A DNA stretch of 64,000 nucleotides from Balamuthia mandrillaris (Eukaryota), in assembly GCA_031835245.2 (NCBI GenBank), contig JAVKOQ020000069.1:1-64000 (forward strand), in the 5' to 3' direction. Positions within the stretch are counted from its first letter, which is position 1. Each line of letters begins with the position of its first letter. Below, in pieces: positions 39,104 to 50,789 of the stretch. The notes under the pieces are model-generated. The model ran no database searches. It saw only the letters and a list, made by a program, of their open reading frames with translations, and was not told the DNA's origin. Position numbers and translations under genes: made by a program.

Positions 39104-40046
39104 TGCCAGTTTAGTTTGTTTTGTGGAGGAAGAAACAAGATTGAGAGAGGAAAGGGAATGAAAGGTTCTTTCAGACGGAGAAAGCAAGCCTAGCGGTCAA
39201 CTCTGACGCTTGTATTTTTCTTTTTTTTTCAAGGAACGAACAAGCAGAGAAGCCACAGAAAAGGCAGATGCAATCGCCATGCATTCCATCCCGTTTCATC
39301 CGGGGGGCCTGTGTTGAACCATGTTGAAACATATATTGGGAGCCCTTTTCTTAAGGCGAAAGCGCTGAAAGCATGCGAAAACTCGCTCAGCATTCATCCT
39401 ATTGAGACGAGAGGTTTCCTCATCAACCCAACCATCAACGTTGACCCCTGGCAAGGAAAAAGTGAAGGGTGGTGAGGGTCTGTAGACGTCTCACGCGCTT
39501 TTGACCTTGCTCTGTGCACGTGCGGTTATTGGTTCAATCGTCTCACGTGACTGGTCACGTTCGCTCTCCTCCCTGTCTTAGAGCTCATCGGCGCCAACTT
39601 CGTCATCTCCTCGCCTTGCTCTCCCACCCGCCTGCCTCTTCCGTCGTTCGCAAAGGGAACGCCCTTGCCGGAAGCCAACTTTTCCGTGCGTCCCTTCTGC
39701 GGTTGCCCTTCGTTTTCGCCGTGGAGCACCACGGTTCGCTACTACGGGTCAGCGGAGGAACGTTGCATGAAACGGACTGAAGAGGACCAGAATGGTGAAG
39801 TGCACTTGGTGGGGACAAGGCAGCTCATAGCGCGAGAGAAAAGTCTGCGCAACCAAGGCATGGCAGGTGCGGGGGGGGGGGACCCGGAGGGACTCTTCAA
39901 GGCCACAAGGGAAGGGCCCTCTCCTCCTCCTCCAGGATCTGCTTGAGGGTCTTAGGCAAGGGGAAGGAGGGGCCTCTTCCGTGCCTCTTCCGTGAAGAAT
40001 AGAAGGAGGGCAGTCGGGCAGAAGGAGACGGACGACGGGGTTTAAC

Positions 40047-41126
40047 ATGTTGCAACCAAACAAGCCGACCCACCGCTATTGCGTGATGTGCAACGAGCGG
40101 TTGGTCCCGCAAAAAGCTCCGCAAGAGCTCTGGGACAGTGTGGACGGCTCTTGTTCCTCGCTCTCCTCCGGTTTCCTGCAAAGACCCATTCCGTATGCCC
40201 TCTGCTTCGCATGCGACAGTGCCATGTGCTTGGCTCATCTTGCCTCTTCTGCTTGTTCCTCCCTCTCCTCATCGTCAAGACCGCTTCCTTCAGCAAACGA
40301 AACCACTCCAAAAAATGCCTCTTTCTTCCTGAAACAAAAAGGAGTCGTGGAGCTCAGCCCCGTTGAAGAAGACGACGAACCACACGAATCGATTCAAGCC
40401 CACTGTCCCTTTTGTTCCACCCAACGTTCCTTTCTTCTTCGGTTTACCTCAGCTTCCTCAAGGCCCTCCATATGTCGTCGTTGCGGCTCTTTCTTTGGAA
40501 CGGGTGACCCGCATTTTGAAGGAGGTTGTCCATCTCACAAGGGGCAGCACGAACTGCCGGTGGATGCTTCTGGCAAACCTGTCTTTGGCTTTGGGCTCTG
40601 TGACGTAGGGGGCATGTACGGCGTGGGCAGAGTGCACCTGCGAGTGTACCCCGGGCGGTGGACCTGCTGCGGAGCCCTGTGTTTTCATGATCACCTGGGA
40701 TGCCCTTTGGCGGACCTTCTTCTCGTTCATCCGTTCTCCTATCCTGAAGCCTTACGACAACGATATCAAGAGGGAGAAGGAGCGAGCGTGGGTGAGTGTT
40801 ACTTTGGATGTCAGAAGATTGAAGGAGGACACATGGAACGATTCGAAAAAGACAGAAAAGAAGAAGAAAAAGAAGAAGAAGAAGAAAAAGAAGAAGAAAA
40901 AGAGTCATTGACGGACTCTGTTCGTGCTGTGCTTGAGAGGCATAAGAACGACACTATTCAAACACATTACATAACGAAGGATCACAAGACAGTCCCGGTT
41001 GCATGGAGGAGCCAAGTCAATTGGAATGCTGGAACACCTCTTCGCTTTGCCCTGTCACAAGTGGAAGTGCCTCAGGACATTCGTGATATAGAGATCGAAA
41101 GAAACTTTGAGTTCTGGACTGGTTGA
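40047..41126 (+). CDS. Hypothetical Cys/His-rich zinc-binding protein
   Basis: Several CxxC pairs (CVMC, CFAC, CPFC, CRRC) and C..H.G ... GRWTCCG......GC (Btk/CHORD-like spacing). Single exon. Confidence 0.65.
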   Translation: MLQPNKPTHRYCVMCNERLVPQKAPQELWDSVDGSCSSLSSGFLQRPIPYALCFACDSAMCLAHLASSACSSLSSSSRPLPSANETTPKNASFFLKQKGVVELSPVEEDDEPHESIQAHCPFCSTQRSFLLRFTSASSRPSICRRCGSFFGTGDPHFEGGCPSHKGQHELPVDASGKPVFGFGLCDVGGMYGVGRVHLRVYPGRWTCCGALCFHDHLGCPLADLLLVHPFSYPEALRQRYQEGEGASVGECYFGCQKIEGGHMERFEKDRKEEEKEEEEEKEEEKESLTDSVRAVLERHKNDTIQTHYITKDHKTVPVAWRSQVNWNAGTPLRFALSQVEVPQDIRDIEIERNFEFWTG

Positions 41127-41149
41127 AATAACTTGTATTTTTGAAATCG

Positions 41150-41196
<47 letters not shown>

Positions 41197-41725
41197 CAAC
41201 CCCACGTTTGTTAGCTTTTTGGACATTGATTACCTGCTGTGGCCTAATAGTATCCGCGCTTTTAAGTTTTGTTAACACAGTACTACCAGTCTGTGTGGAA
41301 TGGATTGCACAGCGAAACATATCAACCTTGCCTATCGGGGATGCTGCTACCTCCCTCACTTGAAAATGCAGGCTTCCGGGCCATTGCACCAGTTTGGTGA
41401 AAAATCAAGCCACATTCATGAAACGGGAAACCTAACCCTGCGCGGATGGTTCCTTCCGGAAGCTAGGTAGGCCATCCTTTGATTGTCGATTGGCGGTTTG
41501 ATTACACCTGAACCACAAAAACGTTGCCATTGGCTGAACGACAAAAAATGAACGACAAAAATGATAAAAATGACAACAATGAGTGAAAGGGATGACAGGA
41601 CACCAGCCAAAAGGAAAATCTAAAAATAAAATAAAGAAAAGAAAAAAGAAAAGCAAAAAGGGTGAACTTGCTTTCATTCTTTGTGGAGAGAGAGAGAGAG
41701 CTCAAAAAAAAAAAAAAAAACAAGA

Positions 41726-42432
41726 ATGGAGCTTGGAGCGATAGAGCACTACATGCAGGAGGAATGGTTGCCCATCGAGCTGATGGACCTCCCCAACGAG
41801 ATCTTGTACATGATCCTTTGGCAGCTGCCCCTCTTCGAGGCCACGAACCCGCCTGCTCCTCTGCACAAGGGAGGACAGGGGCTCCGTGCCGATGCCTCAC
41901 AAGACAAACCCACGGAAGCGCAGCTGTTGGACCTCTACACTCCCTGGCCCTCCGTTCTGCTCCTCTCCAAACGACTGCACGCCGTGGCCTCCTCCATTTT
42001 CCACAACAAGGTCAAAGAGTTTGAGGACCTCATGTCCGGCACATGGGAGGGCAGAGGCCGCTGGGCCTCCTCCTACGCCTGGACCTCCATGGAGTTCAGC
42101 CTCCGCTTCGACCTCCGCCAGCGGACGGTGGAGACGGTGGGGGAGTGGTCCAACCGGGAGGACAAGGCCTCCCCTTGGACCATGTCCGGCACGTTCTCCC
42201 TCTCCAAGGGGACGCTGCAGCTGGACAAGAAGTTTGTGGGAGGGACCATGTCTGGCATGGTGAACAGATACCATGGATATAACTTTTATTTGCCTTGGTT
42301 GCCCAGCGTGGTGCCTCCACCACCTTTCTTGCAAGACTCACAATATGTAGGTTAACCCGGTCTAACTTTCTCTTTTCCCTTTTCTCTTTCTTCTTTTCTC
42401 TTTTCTCTTTTCTCTTTTCTCTTTTCTCTTTT

Positions 42433-42471
<39 letters not shown>

Positions 42472-42710
42472 CGCTCGCTCGCTCGCTCTTGCTCTCTTTG
42501 TCGTTCTCTTTCCCTAGTTTGTTGACCTGCCCCTTTTCTCCACCCCTTTCTCAACAGGCGGGAGTACCGGGATTCGAGCCAACACAAATACCAGCCACGG
42601 CAGCGCGCCTGCAAGGCCATTTCTCCATGCTGAAGTGTGACGACCGGAAGGACTTTGCAAGCTGGGTGGGAGCTCCTGGCCATTTCTTCTTCATCAAACC
42701 GGAGAGATGA
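41726..42710 (+). CDS. F-box-like protein with a beta-rich C-terminal domain
   Basis: LMDLPNEILYMILWQL F-box pattern. One CT-rich intron at about 42347-42557. Confidence 0.65.
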
Positions 42711-43153
42711 GGGTGTTCCTTTTTTTGTTTTGTTTTTGAAAAGCTTTTTGTACTTCCTTATATTCACTTGGGGTCTCTCTCTCTCTCTCCTTTCTTCTCC
42801 TTCTCTCTCTCTCTCTCTCTTTTCTTTCTTTGGGACGCCTGTGCAATCTTCTCTTTGGTTGAAATATTTGCCCCTTGCAGCTCGTTGGTCTTTTATTACC
42901 CCACACGCCAGATATTGGCCGCAGCGAGTTTGAGTCCTAGCAAAGAACAGCTGCAGCTACCGCCTATTTCATGCACTACCCTTGTCGCTCTTCCTTCCTC
43001 TTCTTTCTGCTACCTTTTTCTTTCTTTTTTTTTTTTTTAAGTTTGTGATGCTACTCAATTCTCGGAAATTTTTAGAGGAGAGCAAAAAAAAAAAAAAAAT
43101 GTCTCAAATCTCATGTCCTGGCTCCGTCTGTTTGCTCACTAAAGAAGCAAAAG

Positions 43154-44431
43154 ATGAAGGGGCAGCGTGACACACTGCAACGGTTGGTTGTGGGCGGACG
43201 CACCTGCCCCTCCCTTTTTGCTTCTTCTGCTTCTCCTTCTTTCTCTTGTTCTTGTTTTTTTGCAACAGCCTCAGAAGGTGCTCCTCCTCCTTCTCGGCAG
43301 CAGTCATCCTTTTCGCCTTTTCCCTCCTTCACGAACGACGTCCTTGTTTCACTCTCGGAACGGTGGAAGCAAGTGCCGAAACGTCGGTTGAGTCCTGCCT
43401 ACCTCAAACAGTTCACCTCTGGGCCTCATCATCAGGAGGGAAAAAAGAGACCCCGACGCAGAGCGGCTGTGCTCGTCCCGTTTTGCAACGACGAGGAGGG
43501 AAGGGCGGCTGTGCTCTTCACCAAACGGGCTGCTTCCATGTCCCTTCACTCTGGCGAAGTCAGCTTTCCTGGTGGAATAGTGGAAGAGGGGGATGGAGGA
43601 GATCCCATCGTGACTGCACTTCGAGAGACCAGAGAGGAGTTGGGCTTTTCGGACCGCCTTCGCAACAAGATCCGAGTGATCGGACCCTTTCATGAGGCTT
43701 TGTCGAAAACAGGCATCATAGGTGCCTACCTCTCCCTCTTCTCTCTTCTCTCGTTCTTGTTCTTTGGGAGTTATTTCTTCTGTTCGCTGCGTCTCCTCTT
43801 CTCTCTGCTCTGCTGCTCTGTTCTCCTTCTCTCTCGCCGCTCTCCTCGTTTCTCTCATTCGCTTCTTTCTCTCACACACACATTCTCTCTCTCCCTCTCT
43901 CACCATCTTGCATCCTTTCTTCGTTCCTCGTTTCAGTGACCCCAGTGGTTGGCTTCATCGGCGACATGAAAGAAATAGGCGCAGAGATGCAGCCGAATCC
44001 AGATGAAATCGACCAGGTCTTCACCTTATCGCTGGACCAACTGCTGGACCCCGCCCACCAGGAAATGGTGGACTGGACTCCTCCTTGGCGAGGCATGCTC
44101 CAACTCAAAAGGTTTCTTTCTTGTTCCTTCTTATCGTTTCTTTCTTGTCGCTTCTTTCTTGTCGTTTCCTTCTTTCTTTCTCGTTGCTTTCTTGTCGTTT
44201 CTTTCTTTTTTTCTTTCTTTCTTGGCATTCCTTTCCTCGGCTTACATGTAAGTTTTGTTGTTAACATTTTCTTTGTTTCACAGCTTTATTGCAGGACCAG
44301 ATCCAATATGGGGATTAACAGCTCACATCTTAGACTTTGTTCTCTCCGAACTTGTTCTTCCTCTCGCATCACCTTCATCTTCGGCATCATCATCTTCTTC
44401 TTCTTCATCTTCTCCTTCCTCTAAACAATGA
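43154..44431 (+). CDS. Nudix CoA pyrophosphatase (NUDT7/NUDT8 family), probably mitochondrial
   Basis: AAVLVP, LFTKR...HSGEVSFPGG, ALRETREELG, VTPVVG, NPDEI..VF and IWGLTA motifs. Confidence 0.9.
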
Positions 44432-44448
44432 TAACATGTACACTCCCC

Positions 44449-45901
44449 TTAAACAAAGCTACTCTTTCTTCGCTTCGTTGCAGGAAGAACTAGGCTTCCA
44501 CTTTTCTTCGACGATGCTGAAGAAGCAGCAGAGGAAGCCGACATTCTCATCTTCATGATTTTGCCGCTCGTACTGCTGTTGGTTTTATGCTTGACGGCGT
44601 TCCAAAGTTCTTCTGCGACATGATTCTCTTCTTCCTCTCGTTTAGCCTCTTCTTGGGCTTCTTGCAACCATCTTTCCATTTCTTTGTTGTTTTTTCCGGT
44701 GGGTGAGCCTTCTCTTTCCTCGTCTAGCACGCATTTCACAACTGTTCTTGAAGGTGAAGTATTTCCTGTTGATGCTCTTCTGGGCTGCGTTGTTGTTTGG
44801 CCGTTAGCCTTGCGGCGGAACCGTTTAAAGTTTTGTTGTTGTGAAGTTGAAGGAGAACCAGAGGAAGAAGAAGGTGCAAGTGGACGAGCCACCAATTTGG
44901 TCTCCTGAATGATCATTATCCGCTCCCGAAAGGGTGTGTCTTCTTCTCTTTCCTCTTCTCTTTGTTGTTGAACTGAGGGCGATGATAATGCTTTGCTTTC
45001 TCCCTTGGTCGAATCTTCTTTCTTGGCATTGTTAAAAGCAGGTCGTTCGTTTTCTTTTTGACGTCTAAACAAAAACGAACACAATTTAGAAGTTGGAAAG
45101 AACTGAATAGCAAAAAAATAAATAAAAAATAAATTTAAAAAATAAACATAAATAAATATAAATGAATATGTTATACTTACGATGCTTTTGCTTCAGTTTC
45201 TTGTACTTGTTGCTTTAATTTTTCGCTCAAGTCGATTGCTTTCCGTTTTTTAGGTCTTCTGTTATCGTTGCTCGCTTCTGTTTGCTTTGGTGTTGTGTTC
45301 ACTTTCGTTACATTTACTTTCGGGGAAGTAGGAGGGGAAGAAGAGGCTATTATCATCACGTCCTCTTCCCGTTCTTTTTCTTCTCGTTCCTTTTCTTTGT
45401 TTGCATTTTCTTGTTCGTTTTCTTCTTTCTCTTCTGTCTTTTCTGCTTTCTCACTTGCTGTGTCTATCGCTACAGCTTTCTCCTTTGCTTCGTCTTCCTT
45501 TTCTTCTTCTTCCTTTTCTCTTTCGGTTTCTTTCTCTTCTTCATCCATTTCATCCAAGACGTCTTTCTGTCGTTTGTTATGCATTGGAAAGCAATCACTT
45601 ACATCTCCTCTGATAATCGCTTTCCTAAGAGTATCACTTGTAACAATGCATTCTTCTCCCGCAATCTCTTTCCACTGCAACAACTTCTTTTGTAACTGTT
45701 TCTCTTTTATGGCGTCTATGTGTTCGTTAGGACGTTTTAACGAAGAAGAGCGAACTAATGGATCGATGAGTGTGAATGGAGTATCGCGCAGCTGTTCAAA
45801 CAGTTTGCGGAGACCCGCTTCTTTGAGATCGTAGTTTTCAATTACCGTTCCGGAAAGAGCCAATACCACTTTTTTCAAGTCCATGAACTGCACACAGAGA
45901 G

Positions 45902-45952
<51 letters not shown>

Positions 45953-47231
45953 AAGTAAGAAAAAGAAGCAGAGAACAAGATTAAAAACAACAAGAATGAT
46001 CTTATGGACACTCACTTGACTACGAGAAAAGAAAACCACTGTTGCGCCACGTAGAAGATCGGTTGGTATGGTAGTAGACTGTGATAAAGGACTTTCTTCC
46101 CACTCGGGCTGATAGCTGTGTTAAAAACAATAACAACAGTTTAAGAAAAACAGAAAAGATACGAGGAGAACAAGAAAAGATACAAATAGTGCGTACTCTT
46201 GCACCGGTGGTGGTGGAGTTTCTATTTTGTCACGCTTGAGAATGGCCTCCAGCCAAGCGGGAGATACAAAAGGAAGGCCAGCCACTCGAGAAAGAATTAC
46301 TTGGTTGGAAGTACCTTCCACTTCTATCATCAACGAATGTGTGCTTCCCTCCGCTTTGCCATTCACATGAGCACCTATGATAAGTTGTTTGTGTTAGGAT
46401 ACATGCGATTTCATTCTCAGCGTTCTACATTTGCTGTTCTATATTCTGCTGGTCTGTTCTCCATTGCTCTTCCAATGAAAAAATGAAGAGAAGCAGAAAG
46501 AGTAGCGAGAATGAGAACAAACCTAGAGCCCGTATGGAGTTCATAACTTGAAGCTTTTGTCCTTGTGTAAGCCTAGAGCATTGAGGCTCCCAGTAGAACA
46601 CAGTAGGCTGATACGACAGTAGAAAGATACTTGGACAGATGCCAAAGCGAAGCGTGTCACCATCATTCAACTGGATCGTTGTCGTTGTGGAGTCTTTCTT
46701 TTGTGGTTGTTCGACTTTGACGCCATTTACACTCGTGCCAAACTTGCTTTTGTCCAGAAGGAAGATTTGTGGTGGCCGCGATGGATCGTTGAGGTTCTCC
46801 TTGGAGTGCTTCACGGTGAGCACTGCGTGGTGCCTCGAGACGGAGCGATCGTTCACCAGAATGTTGCAGCCTGCTTGCATAGGAAGAAGAAACAGGAGGA
46901 GGAGTGGAAGAAGAAGAAGAAGAAGAAGAAGAAGAACGCGAAAAAGGACCAAAAATGAGAAAAAAAGGAAAGGCAACGAAAGATGAAAAGAGAACCTTGG
47001 CGGCCAATGGTGAAACTGCCAACAGGAAGCCAGTAGTTTGTAGCTATGCAAGAAAGACTGTTAGCAAGAAGAAAAAAACAGTAGAAAACAAGCCACCACA
47101 TCAAACTATAGTTTTAAACAAAACACAGCAACAAAATCAAAAAAATAAAACGAGCAAAGCGAACCTAAGGTGGGTCCTACAGTAGAAGCAGAAGTTGGTG
47201 GCGGAGGAGGGCTGAGGGATAGGATCCACAT
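44449..47231 (-). CDS. NBS1: Nibrin (MRN complex subunit)
   Basis: MWIL start; FHA domain (IGR...DRSVSRHHA...DKSKFGT.VNG); BRCT (THSLM...FVSPAWL); Mre11-binding NFKRFRRK; acidic AEELW motif near the C-terminus. Confidence 0.9.
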
Positions 47232-47337
47232 CCTGTCTCGTAATTCTCCTACTACTTTTTCTTTTTTTCCTCCAAAAATTTCCTAGAACAAAAGTTCCCC
47301 AAACCAAAAAAAAGATGGAAATTATTAAAAAAGAATG

Positions 47338-47408
47338 TGCATCCGCCGGGAGTTGAACCCGGGCCTCCCGCGTGGCAGGCGGAAATCATGCCCCTAGACT
47401 ACGGATGC
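47338..47408 (-). tRNA. tRNA-Gly(GCC)
   Basis: GCATCCG acceptor stem, anticodon arm TCCGC-CTGCCAC-GCGGG, T-arm CCGGG-TTCAACT-CCCGG, discriminator A and a downstream T6 Pol III terminator. Confidence 0.95.
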
Positions 47409-47783
47409 GGGTGTACCTGGAGTAAAAGAAAATTAAGAGGTCTTGCTCGAGTACGCCAGCAACATTCCTTTTCGTTGGCCGTTGTGCCCTCCTCCCTGGC
47501 AGCTTGCTGACGCTTGAAAGAACTCGCAGACCTCAGGAAGCAACTTCTTTCTCCTCTCTCAGCTCCCTTACGTCTATTTCAGGCACAAAGTTTCAAAAAA
47601 TGTGGAGCTGGAAGAGGGAATCGCCGAGCTGAAGAAGAGGAGTAGGAGACTGGACAGTCAGAATTTTATCCTCCCTGTCATGAAATAACAGTTTTGTCGA
47701 GAGAGAGGAGCCCAAAGCTCTTTTCTCCTCTGGTGCTTTTTATTATACAAAAAAAATAATGTTAAAGTAACAAAAATAATGTT

Positions 47784-50045
47784 TCAAGCAGCTTCCTCCA
47801 AAAACTTTTGCTCAAACATCTGCAACAACGTGGTCGTCTTCCTTTGTTGCATCAACATCAGCACGCTCATTCTCTTCATCTGCCACTCATCCCTCTTGTT
47901 CTCATCCTGAGTGGGCTTCAATGACTTTGGCAACGGCGGAAGTCTGTTACCTCCACTATGAACAAACCCTCTTCCTCTACCTCCTCTTCCTGCTGTTGGT
48001 TGGCCTCTTCCTCTTCCTGATTGACCTCTGCCTTGTCCTTGTTCTCTTCCTCGTTGATTTGACGTAACGCGGTTGTTTGGGGATTGTTGCACATTTTTGC
48101 CGTTTCTTATTTCTTCTTCTTCTTTTACGTGTGTTTCTCCACCACCACCTCCTTCGTTTTCCTGTTCTTGTTGTGATGGTAACTTGGGTAAAGGCTTATT
48201 CGGAATGGTAACTGTCCGTCCTCGTACCTTTATCGTCTGAGGGTTGCTGACGTCTGTACTTGCTGACGAAGAAGAAGGAGATAGGGAAGAAGCGGATGAT
48301 GCCAGAACTTGTTGCTCGGCAGAGTTGTTGTTGCTAGCGTTGAGCAATTTGGGTTTAGTGGCATTATCAGGTCGCGGAGGCGGATTGCTTCTACCAGGAG
48401 ATGGCAACCTCGTTGTAGCCGTTAGTGTCCCATTGTTCCTTTTCATTTCTTCTTTTTGTGCCGTGTATCTTTGTCCCTTTCTGCGTTGTTGTTCGGTCGA
48501 TGTATCTTCCGTGTCGGGACGAAGAGGTACCTCGTTTGGGTTTCCTTGAAGAACTTTGACAAAGTTCTTTGGAAAGATGCCCATCGTTGCACATTTTGTT
48601 TTGGAACTTCCTCCCTGCTCTTCTTCATCCACTTGAGCCCACCACCACGTTTCGTCTTCTCTTTGTACGACCCTAAAGATATCTCCTTTATGGAATCCAA
48701 ACTCATCTTCTTCCAATGCTTCAAAGTCTGCAATTGCTTCCACTCTAACAAAACACTTTTGGTCCCCTTCGTTATGTTTCGTTCGCTGTTGTTGTTGCGT
48801 CATTTGCTTTATCATTTCTTCATGAGAACGACGCCGTATGTTATTGTGGTCTCCAAGGACGCCACCGCTCATATTCGGATAGAGCAATGGTAACGCTTCA
48901 GGGTTTCCTACAATGACTTTAACAAAGTTCTTTGGAAAGATGCCTGTCTTTCGAACGCTGTTCTTGTTGCTGGTGTTGTTGGATAGAAGAAGACCGAACC
49001 ACCACCGATCATCCACTCGCTTTTGGACTTGTAAGACGTCTCCGTTGTTGAAAGCGAGCTCGTCAGCTTCCATCGCTTCGAAATTGGCTATTGCTTCTGC
49101 TTTCACTATCCCCGCTTCCTTTTCTTTCACCTTCTCTTTCTCCTTTTCTCTTTGCTTTCTTTTTTCTTCTTCTTCCTTTTCTTTCCGCTTCCTTTGCTCT
49201 TCTTCTGCTTCCCTTTCTCTCTTCTTCCGCTCCTCTTCCTCCTGCTCTCTCCGTCGCTTCTCCTCCTCTTCCTCTTCTTTCCTCTTCCGCTGTTCCTCTT
49301 CTTCCCTCTCTGTTCTCTTTCTCTCTTCCTCCTCTTTCTCCAAAGCTTGTTGTTGCGTTCGTAGCGGCAACAGCTCGACATTGCCTTCCAGCACCCTCAC
49401 AAAGCTTCTCGGAAAGATGCCCGTGTAGCCTTCATCATCCAACCCCCACCACCACTCCTCGTCCTCCCTCTCCACCACTACAAAAACGGCTCCTTTGGAG
49501 AACTCAAACTCGTCCTCCTCCTCCGCCGCAAAGTCCGTTGTGGCTTCCACTTTGACCACTTGTTGTGGCAGGAGGTCCTCCTCTTCCTTGTATTTGTCTG
49601 GCGTTGAAGAAGAAGAAGAAGAAAGAGAAGGAGAAGGAGAAGAAGAGGTGAGTGAAAGTTGTTGGCGTTGAAGTTCGGCCAAGACCTGATCGGCAGGAAG
49701 AGCCCAACGAAGGCTGTAGCGCTTGCGCTCTTCCCAAGTGGAGCCGTTGTCCGGCGGAGGAGGTCGACTAAAAGTGGTATCAGCGGAAGAAAGGACAGCA
49801 GAAGGCAACGTATCGAAAGGCTTTGTCAACGCATCGATCGGAGAAGATGAAGAAGAAGCGATTTCCTTGGTTTTGTTTTGGATGAGTTGTTCCATTTCAT
49901 GCTGAAAGGAGGCCACGCGTTGCTTGATATCTTCCCGAATGGCATGGACCTCTTGCTCGAGTTTGTTGGCGCAGGCGTCGAGCCTCTGCTGAAGGGCGGC
50001 CCCGGTCGGCTCCAACCCTGGCGGCAAGCCGCTTTCTTCTTCCAT
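47784..50045 (-). CDS. Triple-SH3 adaptor protein (753 aa, single exon)
   Basis: Three repeats of EA..(D/N)F.A.E.DE..F..G...V....D..WW...GIFP..FV.V; a charged coiled coil; PxxP motifs; RG-rich tail. Confidence 0.9.
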   Translation of the reverse strand: MEEESGLPPGLEPTGAALQQRLDACANKLEQEVHAIREDIKQRVASFQHEMEQLIQNKTKEIASSSSSPIDALTKPFDTLPSAVLSSADTTFSRPPPPDNGSTWEERKRYSLRWALPADQVLAELQRQQLSLTSSSPSPSLSSSSSSTPDKYKEEEDLLPQQVVKVEATTDFAAEEEDEFEFSKGAVFVVVEREDEEWWWGLDDEGYTGIFPRSFVRVLEGNVELLPLRTQQQALEKEEEERKRTEREEEEQRKRKEEEEEEKRRREQEEEERKKREREAEEEQRKRKEKEEEEKRKQREKEKEKVKEKEAGIVKAEAIANFEAMEADELAFNNGDVLQVQKRVDDRWWFGLLLSNNTSNKNSVRKTGIFPKNFVKVIVGNPEALPLLYPNMSGGVLGDHNNIRRRSHEEMIKQMTQQQQRTKHNEGDQKCFVRVEAIADFEALEEDEFGFHKGDIFRVVQREDETWWWAQVDEEEQGGSSKTKCATMGIFPKNFVKVLQGNPNEVPLRPDTEDTSTEQQRRKGQRYTAQKEEMKRNNGTLTATTRLPSPGRSNPPPRPDNATKPKLLNASNNNSAEQQVLASSASSLSPSSSSASTDVSNPQTIKVRGRTVTIPNKPLPKLPSQQEQENEGGGGGETHVKEEEEIRNGKNVQQSPNNRVTSNQRGREQGQGRGQSGRGRGQPTAGRGGRGRGFVHSGGNRLPPLPKSLKPTQDENKRDEWQMKRMSVLMLMQQRKTTTLLQMFEQKFLEEAA

Positions 50046-50260
50046 TTCTTTATCGGTTTTGTTAATTTCTTTTTTTTTTTTTGTGATATTGAGTTATTTA
50101 CAACGAAGCCAAAACATGTCGACAAAATATAACGAAATTTTACAGAGATTCGGATGCGGAGTAGCTGGAAAGTTCGTTGAAAAATGATAGAAATCAAAAA
50201 AATCTGCCGACCAAAAAAAAAGTTCAAACAAACAAAACAAAAACAAAGACCTTCCGAGAG

Positions 50261-50692
50261 ATGCGTTTTCTATGTAGGCCTCGCTGTGGCTCTTCATTGC
50301 CCCCTTGGCGGTCTAACCGCGCATTTCGACATGGGCTACGACCCTGCGGCAGCCGCTTTTCCTCCTCCTCCTCCTCTTCTTCTTCGGTTGAGCAAACACA
50401 ACAGGCCAACAAAGAACGTGACATGATGGCCGAGTTCCAGGTCTACCCCATCGGCACCAAGGAGACCTGGTTCACCCACTACGTGCAGACCAGCACCAGG
50501 GTGCTCCAGAACCAGCAGCTGGAGCACGAGGTCCACCCCATGGGCATCATCGTGCAGGGCTCCACGGAGGAATGCCTGGCCGCCATGAAGGAGTGCATTC
50601 AGAGGAACCTGCGGCGCGCTCCTCGCGTGGTCCTCAGCTGCCGAGCGGACATACGACCCGGCACGGATGTATCCCAACGTGGACAAGAATGA
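50261..50692 (+). CDS. Thiamine-binding/YkoF-like (MTH1187/Ecm15 family) protein with a mitochondrial-type presequence
   Basis: MMAEFQVYPIGT...HPMG.IVQG..EE...A.K....PRV....D.RP. The leader is Arg/Ser-rich with no acidic residues. Confidence 0.8.
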   Translation: MRFLCRPRCGSSLPPWRSNRAFRHGLRPCGSRFSSSSSSSSSVEQTQQANKERDMMAEFQVYPIGTKETWFTHYVQTSTRVLQNQQLEHEVHPMGIIVQGSTEECLAAMKECIQRNLRRAPRVVLSCRADIRPGTDVSQRGQE

Positions 50693-50789
50693 AAACAAAA
50701 AAAAACATGAGGGCACTTGTTTTTGTTTCAGAGAGTGGGTCTTGTACATATGAAGTGTAAAAACGAGAAAAAAAAATAAACAGGGTTGT

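Noticed and set aside
39402..39429. Hammerhead-like TTGATGA-G-GAAAC..GTC on the minus strand, among several small hairpins at 39265-39430
   Set aside because: The core has U in place of the conserved C3, there is no stem II, and stem I pairs poorly.
47583..47688. Exon-like fragment (HKVSKNVELEEGIAELKKR...MK*) after a TTTCAG acceptor
   Set aside because: No upstream start or credible donor site. At most a gene relic.
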